A DNA stretch of 64,000 nt from NCBI GenBank assembly GCA_044221725.1, contig JBGAON010000004.1, forward strand, positions 32,001 through 96,000, in the 5' to 3' direction. The DNA is from Elusimicrobiota bacterium. GTDB lineage: Bacteria; Elusimicrobiota; Elusimicrobia; F11. The notes beneath the pieces are model-generated. The model saw nothing but the letters and a program-made list of their open reading frames with translations. It was not told the DNA's origin and ran no database searches. Positions within the stretch are counted from its first letter, which is position 1. Each line of letters begins with the position of its first letter. Below are positions 1-9,601 of this stretch, in pieces. The translations under genes and the position numbers were made by a program.

Positions 1-403
1 GATTTTCGGTGCCGGCCAGCTCGTCTTGGAGCGCCATAAAGTTTTGATTCGATTTCAGCTCGGGATAACGTTCAACGACGACCAGCAGTCGCGATAACGC
101 GCTGTCCAAGTTCTGATTTGCCGAAATCTTTTCCGGCACAGTGCGGGCGCCACCCAACTTCGCACGCGCTTCGGCGACTTGTGTAAAAATTTCTTTCTCT
201 TGTTTCGCGTAACCTTTGACCGCGTTCACGAGATTTGGAATCAAATCCGCGCGGCGCTGCATCATGTTCTCGACCTGCGACCAGCTGGCACTGATATTTT
301 CCTGTGCTTGCACCATTTGATTGCGGGGCCCTATTATTACACCGCCCACCACGATGATCCCCAAAACAACAATTCCCAAAAAGATGAGCCATCCTTTCTT
401 CAT
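1..403 (-). CDS. lemA: LemA family protein (runs off the window start)
   Basis: Not in the ORF track. Manual translation from ATG 403 (SD GGAGG) gives MKKGWLIFLGIVVLG...SWSQVENMMQRRADLIPNLVNAVKGYAKQE, the LemA signature. Confidence 0.92.
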   Translation of the reverse strand, partial: MKKGWLIFLGIVVLGIIVVGGVIIGPRNQMVQAQENISASWSQVENMMQRRADLIPNLVNAVKGYAKQEKEIFTQVAEARAKLGGARTVPEKISANQNLDSALSRLLVVVERYPELKSNQNFMALQDELAGTEN

Positions 404-414
404 TATTCCCTCCG

Positions 415-1128
415 TTAATTTGTTACCGAAAACTTATCAATCGCCTCCGCGAGCGCTTCGATCATGCCCATGTAGCGACCGAAAAGGTCGAACGTTTGCT
501 CGGCGCTTGCTCTTCTTCGTTTTGTACGCAGATCGTGGATGTAATCTATCACAGTCGCATCAATTGGTACATGCGCCGCCAGCGCCGCCCAAACGGCCCG
601 CTTCTGCGTTGGAACGTTTTGTCCGAGCAGCCGCAGACACGTTTTCGCGAGCACCGAAAAGCTTGAGTACGAACGCATCATGATGTTTTCGAGCTCCGCC
701 GCCTTTCGAACGGATTCAAAGAAACTTTTTCGCAAAAGCAGAATTTTCGACCGCAGTTCAAATTCAAGTTGATGACGCAACGCGCGCGCGTCAATTTGCA
801 ACCCAGCGAAGATATCATCGCCAAAAATAACGCGGCGCTGCGCTTGAATATCCGAAAACTCAATGGCGAACACATCCTGCGTGTCGCGCAGCTCGGAGAC
901 CGACATAACAAGCGGAGGCGTTTTATGCTGGTCACTCCAACGTTCCACGACTGGGGCGATTTTTTTCAGCGCTTGCATTTCCGTCGACTTTAGAACCACG
1001 AGCACATTCGTGTCCGAAAAATGATTGTGCGTATCATCCGAGACCGCCGATCCGTACAGAACAACGCTCGCAATATTGTCTTTGTCCATTTGAAGCAAGT
1101 CGTCTTTGAATTTTTCGATCGAATACAT
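415..1128 (-). CDS. Nucleotidyltransferase-domain protein (LemA/TPM-associated)
   Basis: VVLYGSA...SDTNVLVVL pol-beta-like motif; lies between the TPM gene and lemA. Confidence 0.75.
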   Translation of the reverse strand: MYSIEKFKDDLLQMDKDNIASVVLYGSAVSDDTHNHFSDTNVLVVLKSTEMQALKKIAPVVERWSDQHKTPPLVMSVSELRDTQDVFAIEFSDIQAQRRVIFGDDIFAGLQIDARALRHQLEFELRSKILLLRKSFFESVRKAAELENIMMRSYSSFSVLAKTCLRLLGQNVPTQKRAVWAALAAHVPIDATVIDYIHDLRTKRRRASAEQTFDLFGRYMGMIEALAEAIDKFSVTN

Positions 1129-1146
1129 TTCTATCTCCTTCTCTGA

Positions 1147-1905
1147 TCACCAGCCACGCGACGCGCCACCGCCGCCCGACATGCCGCCGCCAAACCCACC
1201 AAAACCGCCACCCCCAAAACCGCCGCCACCCCAGCCTCCGCCGCCGCCCCGCGGCCCCATAAAAAAGAACAACCAGGGATTTCGCAGTACAAAAAATACG
1301 ATGACGAGAATGACCAAAAAGACAAGCAGCGCTTGGAAAGCCGAGAGATGCACGGGCTGAGCGCGTCGAATATCGATCGGAATACCCGAGAGCGAAACAT
1401 TGGCATCGACGGCAATCGTTGACGCAATAGCGAAACTTCCGCGCATAATGCCGTTCGGAAAATCGCCCGTCCGGAAATACGGAATGACATGGTCATCCAG
1501 CAAGCGACCGGTGCGCGCGTCCGACAGCACGGGCTCAAGCCCATATCCCACTTCAATGCGCGTGCGTCGATCGTTCGGAGCAATGAGAAAAAGAACGCCG
1601 TTGTTCTTGTCTTTTTCGCCGATCCCCCATTCTTTGAACAATCGAACAGCGTAATCGCTGACATCCATACCACCCAGACTTTCGACCGTCACGACAGCGA
1701 GCTCGGCCGAGGTTTTCTGTTTCAGTTCGATGCAGACGTTTTCAATTCGCTGACGCGCGGAAGCGTCAAGGATGTTCGCTTGATCGGTGACATAACGCGT
1801 GGGTTTTGGCGGGAATGCGGCGTGTACCGAACAAAAAGAAGCGATCAGTACAAAAAGGGGGAAACCCCTATTCGACGGGCGCGAGACGGAGAACGGCCAG
1901 GACAA
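1147..1905 (-). CDS. TPM domain protein (YgcG-like) with Gly-rich C-terminal tail
   Basis: YVTDQANIL, FKEWGIGEKDKNNGVLFLIA, RIEVGYGLE, a TM helix and a GGGFGGFGGGMSGGGGA tail. Start uncertain; TTG 1905 chosen because it precedes the signal peptide. Confidence 0.88.
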   Translation of the reverse strand: MSWPFSVSRPSNRGFPLFVLIASFCSVHAAFPPKPTRYVTDQANILDASARQRIENVCIELKQKTSAELAVVTVESLGGMDVSDYAVRLFKEWGIGEKDKNNGVLFLIAPNDRRTRIEVGYGLEPVLSDARTGRLLDDHVIPYFRTGDFPNGIMRGSFAIASTIAVDANVSLSGIPIDIRRAQPVHLSAFQALLVFLVILVIVFFVLRNPWLFFFMGPRGGGGGWGGGGFGGGGFGGFGGGMSGGGGASRGW

Positions 1906-3478
1906 TTTCGGCTTGCACGAACGGATTCTGTTCCGTTCCGAGCCGCGAGAGCACGAGCGAGTAATCATCTTCGGTGCCATAGCGGCCAAGATACCAAAAC
2001 GCCATCGCGCGCGTCGGCCAATCGGGATCGCTTAAACGATTGATGAGCGACTGTCGCGCCGATTGGTTATCAAACTTCGCAAGCACTTGCAGCGCATAGA
2101 CTTGGAGCGCCGAACACGGATCGTTGCCGGCCGTCGCGAACAGATTCGGAATTTCCTGACGAAAACGGCCGACCTCGATCGCTTCGAGCGTGCCCATGCG
2201 CGCGGTCACGTTTTTGTCGGTGAGCGCCGGTTCAATATATTGAAGATCGTCCTGATCTTTGCTGTAAGCGAGTGCGATAAGCGCGCTACCGCGCACGAGC
2301 GGATTTGTGTTATCGGACGCCAAGCGCTGCAACGTCGCGCGAAGAATTTGGTCGGTCGTTCCTGCGAGCGCTTCGATCACGAGATAGCTCAATTCGGAGT
2401 AGCGTGTTTTCAAAGCAAAGCCGGTCGGCGTCACCATCTGGTTGAGTTCCATAAGATACGGATCCTGCGCTTGCAACGAATCCAACGGTTGATCAAGCCG
2501 GTCGGTGATTAAACGGATCAGTTTCGTATTGATCTGCGCCGCCACTTGCAACGACGGCGGGATGCGCAACTGCGGCGGCACGATAATGAGAGGTTCAAGC
2601 TCGATGACCTTGTCTTTTCCGATCGTGTACGACACTTCGTCGTTTTGTTTCCAACCGGGCGATGACGGCGAATACGAAACTTTTTCGCCTTTCTTGGAAA
2701 TCAATTTGAGTTCGGCCAGACACAATTCGGCGATCACGAAATCGTTTTTGTCTTCGCGGTTGAGATAAGAATTGAGCTTTGTGTAATCGTCGGGTGCCGC
2801 GTAGTCACCCAAATAGCGCGCGGCCATCGCCCGCACCACCCAACTTTCGTGATCCAAATATTTCCACAGCACCGGAAGCCCGGATTGGTCGCCAAGGGAC
2901 AGCAACGCCTGGGCGGAATAAATCTGCATGAGCACCGACAGATCGCGATCCATCGACATTTTCAGCAACGAAATGGAATCGGGTTGATTCCAGATTTGCA
3001 GCGCTTCCACGGCCGCAAAACGAATTCCAACTTTGATATCGAGCAGCGCTTCTTTGAAATATTTTTTGTGCGCGGGGTCCAGCAACGTGGCGAGCGTGAT
3101 AATCGCTTCGGCGCGCACCTTTGGGTCACGCGTCCATTGCACCATTTCAATCATGCGACGCTTGAGTTCCGGATCGCGCGCAATCTTCAGCGCCTCCACG
3201 AGCGCCACGCCGAAGTCCAAGTAACGGATCTTTATCCGGTAACCAGCCGGGGTACCAAAGGTGACGATCTGCTTGAGCGACGTTGATTCGTAATCGTCCG
3301 GCGAAATTTTTGTGGTGTCCTGTTTATTAAGAAGATCGATGAGTGTTTGAACAACGCCGGTGAGATTGGGAGCAGCGTGCGATTTCTCGACGGTGGCCTG
3401 GCCGCCACAACCAATGAGAATCGCCGCAACAATCAAGCAGGGCAGGAATCGAAACCGAAAGGAAGGTTTGTGGCGCAT
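1868..3478 (-). CDS. HEAT-repeat lipoprotein
   Basis: Lipobox LIGC; repeated VRAEAIITL / IRFAAVEAL / VRAMAARYLG / VRGSALIAL HEAT-like motifs. Confidence 0.8.
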   Translation of the reverse strand: MRHKPSFRFRFLPCLIVAAILIGCGGQATVEKSHAAPNLTGVVQTLIDLLNKQDTTKISPDDYESTSLKQIVTFGTPAGYRIKIRYLDFGVALVEALKIARDPELKRRMIEMVQWTRDPKVRAEAIITLATLLDPAHKKYFKEALLDIKVGIRFAAVEALQIWNQPDSISLLKMSMDRDLSVLMQIYSAQALLSLGDQSGLPVLWKYLDHESWVVRAMAARYLGDYAAPDDYTKLNSYLNREDKNDFVIAELCLAELKLISKKGEKVSYSPSSPGWKQNDEVSYTIGKDKVIELEPLIIVPPQLRIPPSLQVAAQINTKLIRLITDRLDQPLDSLQAQDPYLMELNQMVTPTGFALKTRYSELSYLVIEALAGTTDQILRATLQRLASDNTNPLVRGSALIALAYSKDQDDLQYIEPALTDKNVTARMGTLEAIEVGRFRQEIPNLFATAGNDPCSALQVYALQVLAKFDNQSARQSLINRLSDPDWPTRAMAFWYLGRYGTEDDYSLVLSRLGTEQNPFVQAEIVLAVLRLAPVE

Positions 3479-3495
3479 GAATTTATTTTACTTTG

Positions 3496-4134
3496 TTAGA
3501 AAGGAATTTGTTGATTTGGTGTCGCCATCATCGACGGGCCGTCAAACAATTCGTTCGTCAGTGCTTCTTGGAAAGCAGCGTCGTTCCATTTGTCGTTCGC
3601 GAACATGATGATCGCCGCCTTTGGCTGAAGGAGGCTGACCGCTTGCGCCACGGTATTTTCGGTGGCACCTTGCGGCCGCGCGAACAATGCCGCATAGATC
3701 TCTTTTCCGTCGTCCCGGAGCGAGTAAACGAACTCACGCAAATTGTCGGGCTTGACCGTTTCCGCGGTGAACAGAATGTTTCGGCCGTTATCAAATTCGA
3801 GCAAAGTGGTTTTTCCGGTCGCTGTTACGAACAAGAAATCGCTACCGCTTTTGAGCATCGATCGCTTGTTCGTTTTCGCGCCGTTGATGGCCCACGAACC
3901 GTCGGCCTTTGCAATCGCGTTTAATATAAGGCTTTTGTAGCGAATGTCGAGCGAACCATTCGGAACAATCGTCAGCGAACCGAATGTGCGTTCGAATTGG
4001 GGAATCTTCACTGTCGGCGGAGTCGTCGGAGGTTGAACCGGCGGAAGCGTCATTTTCGTGGTCGGCGCGCACGCGCTTAACCACGCAAGCGCGGTCCACC
4101 AAAGAATCCGTGAGCGGCTAGATGCGCTAAACAA
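3496..4134 (-). CDS. Hypothetical lipoprotein
   Basis: Lipobox LSAC followed by a Pro/Thr linker; probable TTG start at 4134 just after the upstream stop. Confidence 0.6.
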   Translation of the reverse strand: MFSASSRSRILWWTALAWLSACAPTTKMTLPPVQPPTTPPTVKIPQFERTFGSLTIVPNGSLDIRYKSLILNAIAKADGSWAINGAKTNKRSMLKSGSDFLFVTATGKTTLLEFDNGRNILFTAETVKPDNLREFVYSLRDDGKEIYAALFARPQGATENTVAQAVSLLQPKAAIIMFANDKWNDAAFQEALTNELFDGPSMMATPNQQIPF

Positions 4135-4141
4135 TTGCTTT

Positions 4142-4510
4142 TTAATCCCCCTGTACGGCCTGAACGGACGCCATCGTTGCGGCGCCGAAATCACCACTGG
4201 GCAGCTGTTGCCCCATCGGATTTATAAGGTTTTTTGTTTGCGTGGATTGACTGGTCAAAGAACTCGGACCGGTCGCTTTGGTGGCCACTATTTTATCCCC
4301 GGCAGCGCCCTGAAGAATTAGAGGCGTCATTTGGCGACCCACTTGCGGGTCCTGAACATATCCTATGAACGGCATGTTGTTCCCCGCGGTTCCACCGCCG
4401 ACCGCCTGCGTATCTTCCCCTATTGGGGGAACGACCACGGCCCCCGCGTGCCGATGGCTCGCGACCATCACGGATGCGAAGATGAACATGAGCCCAATTA
4501 TTTTTTTCAT
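4142..4510 (-). CDS. Small secreted hypothetical protein
   Basis: GGAGG SD, MKK start, hydrophobic signal peptide; in the operon. Confidence 0.65.
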   Translation of the reverse strand: MKKIIGLMFIFASVMVASHRHAGAVVVPPIGEDTQAVGGGTAGNNMPFIGYVQDPQVGRQMTPLILQGAAGDKIVATKATGPSSLTSQSTQTKNLINPMGQQLPSGDFGAATMASVQAVQGD

Positions 4511-4537
4511 ACGTTCCTCCCAACTCTCTCGGTGATG

Positions 4538-6034
4538 CTAATTCAAATTTGGCGACGACACGACTTCGGACAACGAATGATAAATCTCAATCAAGCCCGG
4601 TAAATACGGCGGTGGATTTGTCTGAAGCGTCGTCATATATTCGTATTTCCGTGGAACCGGGAAAGGCACCACGGATGTGTTTTGAAACGAATCGGCCAAA
4701 TCCGGCGCTTTTCCCAATATCAAAGAACCGACAAAGTGAAGCTTCATCTCCGTCTGATGAGTTTTAACATTGGACACGATCGAGCCGTTCGGTGTCATGA
4801 TCAGCGCCTCGATACGGACTTCCCTTGGCGCCGGGCCGCCGGCCCAGACAGAATCTTCAATATAAACGTTCTTGTTCGGGCCCGGAATAAGCACCAGTTG
4901 ATGCGCGGTCGATGACGAGGCTTCCGCAGCCGTCGAACCAGCGCCCGGAATCGGATCGAGCGCGGGAGCGCTGATGATGTCGCCTGTGATGTGTATATGG
5001 TCTTTCGAAACGATGATGACTTGACCATGCACGGTTCCTTGCACATTCACCGGGCCGTTAAAGAAGTACACGTGATGCTGATTGATCGCGTCATGGCCGC
5101 CATAGGTGTCCAACGCTGCTTTGGCCCCAACATAGCCGGGCGGATAAATATTGTTTGTGAACGTGTTCGCCGCATTCGGCGTCAAATCGGGATCGGTGTG
5201 CGCCCCGGTCGCTAGACCTTCGTAATACACCATGTCCGACGACAAAACCTGTGGCAACAAGAGCGGCGCGCCCAATTTGGATGGAGCTTGGTCAATCCCG
5301 CCGTTGGTTACTGTAATCTCGGATTGGATAGCGAGTTTCGTGTCACCGCCGGTTGGCAACCAGTCGCAATTTCCGCCGCTGCAGTTCGCTACATCCACAT
5401 TGGGTCCGACGTTGTTATAAAAATCGGCATTTTTCACAACCGTCTGGCTAACAAGTCCATCGCCGGTGACGAGCAGGCTACCGGCCGGTGATAAGTTGTA
5501 CGTGTGGTTCGCGCTTCTCTGAAAAAAAAGACTCAATCCATAAACCCGCGCGCTCGACAAATCGACGCCGTGCGAGATGTATAAATTATCGTTTACGGCA
5601 GCGAAATAATCGCTGGCGTTGGATATTTGAATATAGCTGTGCAATCGCATTTTGTACGACTTCCCGCTGACAATACGTTCTCCTGTGCAAATCACGTAAT
5701 AGATTCCCGGAAAAGGAATATTGCGCTGCGAAATTTGGAGCGTGTACGTTCCTTCGTTTCCGACGGTTTGCACAGAATTATTCAAGCCGCCATTTCCCAA
5801 AGCCGCATCTTCCAGCGCTTTTTCAGGCGTCCGTGCAATGACGCCCAAACTCGCGCTCATGCCCATTTCCGCTAGTTGCAACGCTCGATCCATTTGCACG
5901 ATGTAATTATTTTGGCCCGCATAGGTTTTCTCGAATTGGGCCAACCCCAACATGAGAACCGCCAATGCCACCGCAATCACGAGCACGATGGCTTGAATGG
6001 ATCCCTGTGAGCTCGTGCAATTAACACGTTTCAC
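4538..6034 (-). CDS. PilX/GspK-like minor pilin with large C-terminal domain
   Basis: QG|SIQAIVLVIAVAL N-terminus without E5, RALQLAEMG PilX-type motif; overlaps the upstream pilin gene. Confidence 0.75.
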   Translation of the reverse strand: MKRVNCTSSQGSIQAIVLVIAVALAVLMLGLAQFEKTYAGQNNYIVQMDRALQLAEMGMSASLGVIARTPEKALEDAALGNGGLNNSVQTVGNEGTYTLQISQRNIPFPGIYYVICTGERIVSGKSYKMRLHSYIQISNASDYFAAVNDNLYISHGVDLSSARVYGLSLFFQRSANHTYNLSPAGSLLVTGDGLVSQTVVKNADFYNNVGPNVDVANCSGGNCDWLPTGGDTKLAIQSEITVTNGGIDQAPSKLGAPLLLPQVLSSDMVYYEGLATGAHTDPDLTPNAANTFTNNIYPPGYVGAKAALDTYGGHDAINQHHVYFFNGPVNVQGTVHGQVIIVSKDHIHITGDIISAPALDPIPGAGSTAAEASSSTAHQLVLIPGPNKNVYIEDSVWAGGPAPREVRIEALIMTPNGSIVSNVKTHQTEMKLHFVGSLILGKAPDLADSFQNTSVVPFPVPRKYEYMTTLQTNPPPYLPGLIEIYHSLSEVVSSPNLN

Positions 6035-6618
6035 AGATGGCTCCGTCGCGATACTTCCATGCTGAGCGTCTTTTGGACAAGCTTAAACGCGCGCGTTTTT
6101 AACGGAAATTGCACGCGTACGTATTGATAAGGAGGAACCGTATTTACAATCGGTTGAAACAAGTATGTTGCGGTATTCCCGGCAATGGGCGCCGTCAAAC
6201 AATTACTGAGAAGTTTTCGGTTCTGTGCGGGCCCGCTCGCCGGTTGAAGCGTGCGTAACAAGTATGATTCCGTCGGTGTCTGTTTGAATTCGTACGTGAG
6301 TGTCGAAAAATTCGTGAACAGCTGATTGTTGACGGCCGTGTCATATTTGCCTTCCCCGAGCATCAGCGTTTGAAGTACCAACTTATCCGGGGCGATGCTA
6401 ATAATCGACTGGCAGTTTCTGATGTCATTTTTGATCTCGAACTGAACAATTTCCACTTCTGCCTCGGTCTTGATGATGTCGCCTTCGCGAAAAACGGAAT
6501 TCACGAACTTTACTCCCGATGACAATAGGGCCAAAGCGATAATCATGAGAACCACCGTGAGGATCGTTTCCACCAACGTGAATCCTCGCGATCGGGCGAA
6601 GCGAGAGATCTTCATCAA
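6031..6618 (-). CDS. Type IV prepilin-like protein (PilW/GspJ-like)
   Basis: RG|FTLVE N-methylation motif followed by a hydrophobic helix. Confidence 0.85.
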   Translation of the reverse strand: MMKISRFARSRGFTLVETILTVVLMIIALALLSSGVKFVNSVFREGDIIKTEAEVEIVQFEIKNDIRNCQSIISIAPDKLVLQTLMLGEGKYDTAVNNQLFTNFSTLTYEFKQTPTESYLLRTLQPASGPAQNRKLLSNCLTAPIAGNTATYLFQPIVNTVPPYQYVRVQFPLKTRAFKLVQKTLSMEVSRRSHL

Positions 6619-9500
6619 AATCCTTTCGGTTTCCCTGGAGTAGGAGCCGCGGCGACCTTCGGCTGCAACACGAAATTCACTTGAACCTCCGTCAAGGGCT
6701 CCGATGGATTCTGACGATTTTCATAATAGAGATGCATTCCGCCGGAACTAGCGCCGTCGTATCCGGGCGAATCGTTCACCGAGACATACAGATTTGGTTC
6801 TGGCGTGTGTTTCCACGAAGTGGAAACGTTGTATTGGAATTTTCCGTTGGTCGGCATTGGCGTAAAAGCCGTTGTTAAATTTGAGCAGCCGGCACACGCG
6901 TCGTTCGTCCCCGACGTGGTCGCGCTCGCGGTGATTTGGCCGCTGGTTTGCACCACCACTTGCACACCGTCAACCGGCGTCCCCTTTGGATCAACCACGT
7001 ATCCGCGCACGCTGACAGCCGTCGTCCGCGCAGCGATGAGAAAGTCCGGTGTCATCGTCAAATGTTGGATATCAGCGCCAATGTAAAACGGTTTCGGCAA
7101 GAAGTCCATCGGAAGCCAGCCGCAGGTTTGATTGGACCGAATGGCGGCGCTAAAATTGTATGTGTCATCCGCCACGGAACCGATCGTGATCGTAACGTTG
7201 GGGTCGGAGCCTGGCGTCAGAGCAACGCCCGGCGAATCACTGTCGGGGCCGGAACCCACGAAATGGTTGCTCTTGAACGGAATATTGTTAACGGATTTTA
7301 GGAACTCGCCGTTCGATACATTGACCGCGCCCGAGAATGCGGTTTGATTTGTGCCGTCCGCTCGGGTGTATCCAATGTCAATGTTAAGCCCCGTGATGTT
7401 ACAGGCGGAGTCAGGCCGAACCGACATGAGGATGGAGGTGCCATCCACATCCAACACCTTTTCGTGACAGTGCACGAATCCGTCAAATTCTGGCGACGCC
7501 GTCGTCTCGGAGTATCCTTCAAAAAACACGCGCGTGACGCTGGTGCCGACATTCGGAACCAAGTGTTTCATTCCGTCGGAATCCAAATCGTAATTTGACG
7601 GAGCGGAATTGGGCGGGAACTCCTGAATAAAAGAGGATTGCACGATATTGTTGTTGCTTGTGTCCCGGACCACGGCACCCAGGCTCCATTGTCCGTAATA
7701 AAGCATCAAACGGGACTTGAAAAACGTCGGGACCGGAGTCGCATTTTTTGTGACGATGGACCCATGCATGCTGGCCAGGGCGTTCTCATGCAGCAAATAG
7801 AAATTCATGGTGGTCGTCTGATTGGCGTACATAATCACACCAAAGCTTGCTTCTTTTGTTGCCTTGTCCACTTCGTCAACATAGCCGTTCGAGTTGAACA
7901 CGGGCGGCGACCAATAAGTGCGCCAGTCGGAAAAATGACCCGCAAACGCCACGGAATTCAGATTGGCCGGATAGCTGTCACCGGGCGCCATAACGAGAAT
8001 GGGCGTCGCGGGTGGTATGGCCCAATACGAAACCGAACGCGTGGTCGCGTTGTACGGTCGGTTATATGTATCAAGATTTGCGTGTATGATGGTTGGCGTA
8101 AGAAACGCTTCGTAGGTGGTATTGCCACCGACTTTAACCGGGCTCACTACCATCCAGGAGGGATCGCTTCCGTAACACCACTGATTCAAAAATCCGATTT
8201 GATAGTTGTAACAACCGGGTGTTTGATGATGAACCTGTTCTTGGCCGGCAGCGGTGTTCCAAAAATTGAAAGGTCCATGCGACCAAAACGTCGCAACGGA
8301 AGGTGTGGGAAATCGTGCATCATCATCACCAAGGGTCATACTGCGGTTGACCATTAAGTGAACGCCTGCGTTCGGAAAAACCGCAGGACTGACGTCAAAA
8401 TTCCCGCCGGTGAAGTGAATCAGATTTATGCTGCCCGTCGCTTTTCCGACCGGCAAAGTTTTAATCGTGCGGAGCACAGTGTCGTTAAGTCCAATCGTAT
8501 CGACCATACTGAGCGGCACGGGCTCATTCAAATCGTCAGGCAGCGCGGTCCCCGCAAATCGAACGCTCCCATTGTCGTGCAGCGAGCCAATGTTATACGC
8601 CCAACATTGGCCCGGAAAAACTGTGAACGTTGCCATCCCATCATTGCCGGTATAACCTTTTCGTCCACGGATAAAGGATGGAGGGCTGGTCGCCCCACAC
8701 GTAATCATCACTTCTGCGTTTTCCACGGGTGCGCCACCGTCGTAATTAACGACTTTAACTTTGTATGTGCTGGGCGACGTGACTTCCACATCGAGAATTA
8801 TGGTTGCGCCGCCCACAATATTTTGTGCAATCACCTTCACAAAACCTGGTATTGAAACACCCTGCAGCGAAGAGAAGAAGTAACCGGACAAGATCGTATC
8901 AATCGAAATATTTATTCCATTGCCTGGCAAAACGCCGCCAAGGAGCGCGTGCCCGTCAGCGGCGGTGTACATTATCAGGTCGGGTCCACCACCAAAAGCA
9001 GGAGCGGAGCACGACACGTTCTGGACCGGATTTCCCGCCGAGTCGTGCACGAAAACGTCAACGGAACCGCCGCCCACCATGCCACGCTGCCGGGTCATAA
9101 ACCCATTGCGCACCGAGGTTTTTGTGGGGCCCTTTACCGTGACCGTGTAGGCGCGCTTTTTATCGAGATCGATCGGCCCCATCGTCACATCGATCGTGTA
9201 GGGGCCGTCCGTCGAACGTGTCTTGCTGAACGTTGGCGGAAAGAGATCGAAATTTTCGTTGATTGCCATGGTGCGCAGATCTTCAACCGTTCGGTTCTGC
9301 AGCGTGTTCAATTGCGCGATTTCGCGGTTGTTGACGCGATTGTGAATGACCACTCTCACGATGGCGATACCGCTTAAAAATACAACGATAAGAATGACGA
9401 TGCCGATCATTAGATCGATGAACGACCACCCCCGGTCACTTCGGCGTCCCAGCGGGTGGCGACAAAACAGAGACAGCGATTTGACGGATCGACTAATCAT
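6615..9500 (-). CDS. Large prepilin-like protein (PilV-like N-terminus plus carboxypeptidase-regulatory-like/Ig-like beta domains)
   Basis: RG|WSFIDLMIGIVILIVV prepilin-like motif; VHDSAGNPVQNV, VVNYDGGAPVENAEV and VVDPKGTPVDGVQV repeats; GGAG SD. Confidence 0.75.
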   Translation of the reverse strand: MISRSVKSLSLFCRHPLGRRSDRGWSFIDLMIGIVILIVVFLSGIAIVRVVIHNRVNNREIAQLNTLQNRTVEDLRTMAINENFDLFPPTFSKTRSTDGPYTIDVTMGPIDLDKKRAYTVTVKGPTKTSVRNGFMTRQRGMVGGGSVDVFVHDSAGNPVQNVSCSAPAFGGGPDLIMYTAADGHALLGGVLPGNGINISIDTILSGYFFSSLQGVSIPGFVKVIAQNIVGGATIILDVEVTSPSTYKVKVVNYDGGAPVENAEVMITCGATSPPSFIRGRKGYTGNDGMATFTVFPGQCWAYNIGSLHDNGSVRFAGTALPDDLNEPVPLSMVDTIGLNDTVLRTIKTLPVGKATGSINLIHFTGGNFDVSPAVFPNAGVHLMVNRSMTLGDDDARFPTPSVATFWSHGPFNFWNTAAGQEQVHHQTPGCYNYQIGFLNQWCYGSDPSWMVVSPVKVGGNTTYEAFLTPTIIHANLDTYNRPYNATTRSVSYWAIPPATPILVMAPGDSYPANLNSVAFAGHFSDWRTYWSPPVFNSNGYVDEVDKATKEASFGVIMYANQTTTMNFYLLHENALASMHGSIVTKNATPVPTFFKSRLMLYYGQWSLGAVVRDTSNNNIVQSSFIQEFPPNSAPSNYDLDSDGMKHLVPNVGTSVTRVFFEGYSETTASPEFDGFVHCHEKVLDVDGTSILMSVRPDSACNITGLNIDIGYTRADGTNQTAFSGAVNVSNGEFLKSVNNIPFKSNHFVGSGPDSDSPGVALTPGSDPNVTITIGSVADDTYNFSAAIRSNQTCGWLPMDFLPKPFYIGADIQHLTMTPDFLIAARTTAVSVRGYVVDPKGTPVDGVQVVVQTSGQITASATTSGTNDACAGCSNLTTAFTPMPTNGKFQYNVSTSWKHTPEPNLYVSVNDSPGYDGASSGGMHLYYENRQNPSEPLTEVQVNFVLQPKVAAAPTPGKPKGF

Positions 9501-9517
9501 TAAGATTTCTCCGAGCG

Positions 9518-9533
9518 CGTGACTTTCATCACG
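9518..9533. promoter_or_regulatory. CRP/FNR-family-like operator upstream of the pilin operon
   Basis: CGTGA-CTTTCA-TCACG palindrome; the minus strand reads AAACGTGA-N6-TCACG (CRP consensus AAATGTGA-N6-TCACATTT). Confidence 0.6.
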
Positions 9534-9601
9534 TTTAAGTTTTGTCGGGTTGTCGACGGAAATCCAGCGATTTTTTGTTCAAGAAACCATTTCCGAATGC
9601 T

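Noticed and set aside
72..392. 106-aa minus-strand ORF in the track
   Set aside because: Wrong frame; the real gene is lemA from ATG 403 in another frame.
1147..1260. CCG/CCA-rich repeat and a Pro-rich plus-strand ORF
   Set aside because: This is the ordinary Gly-rich tail of the TPM protein read on the opposite strand.
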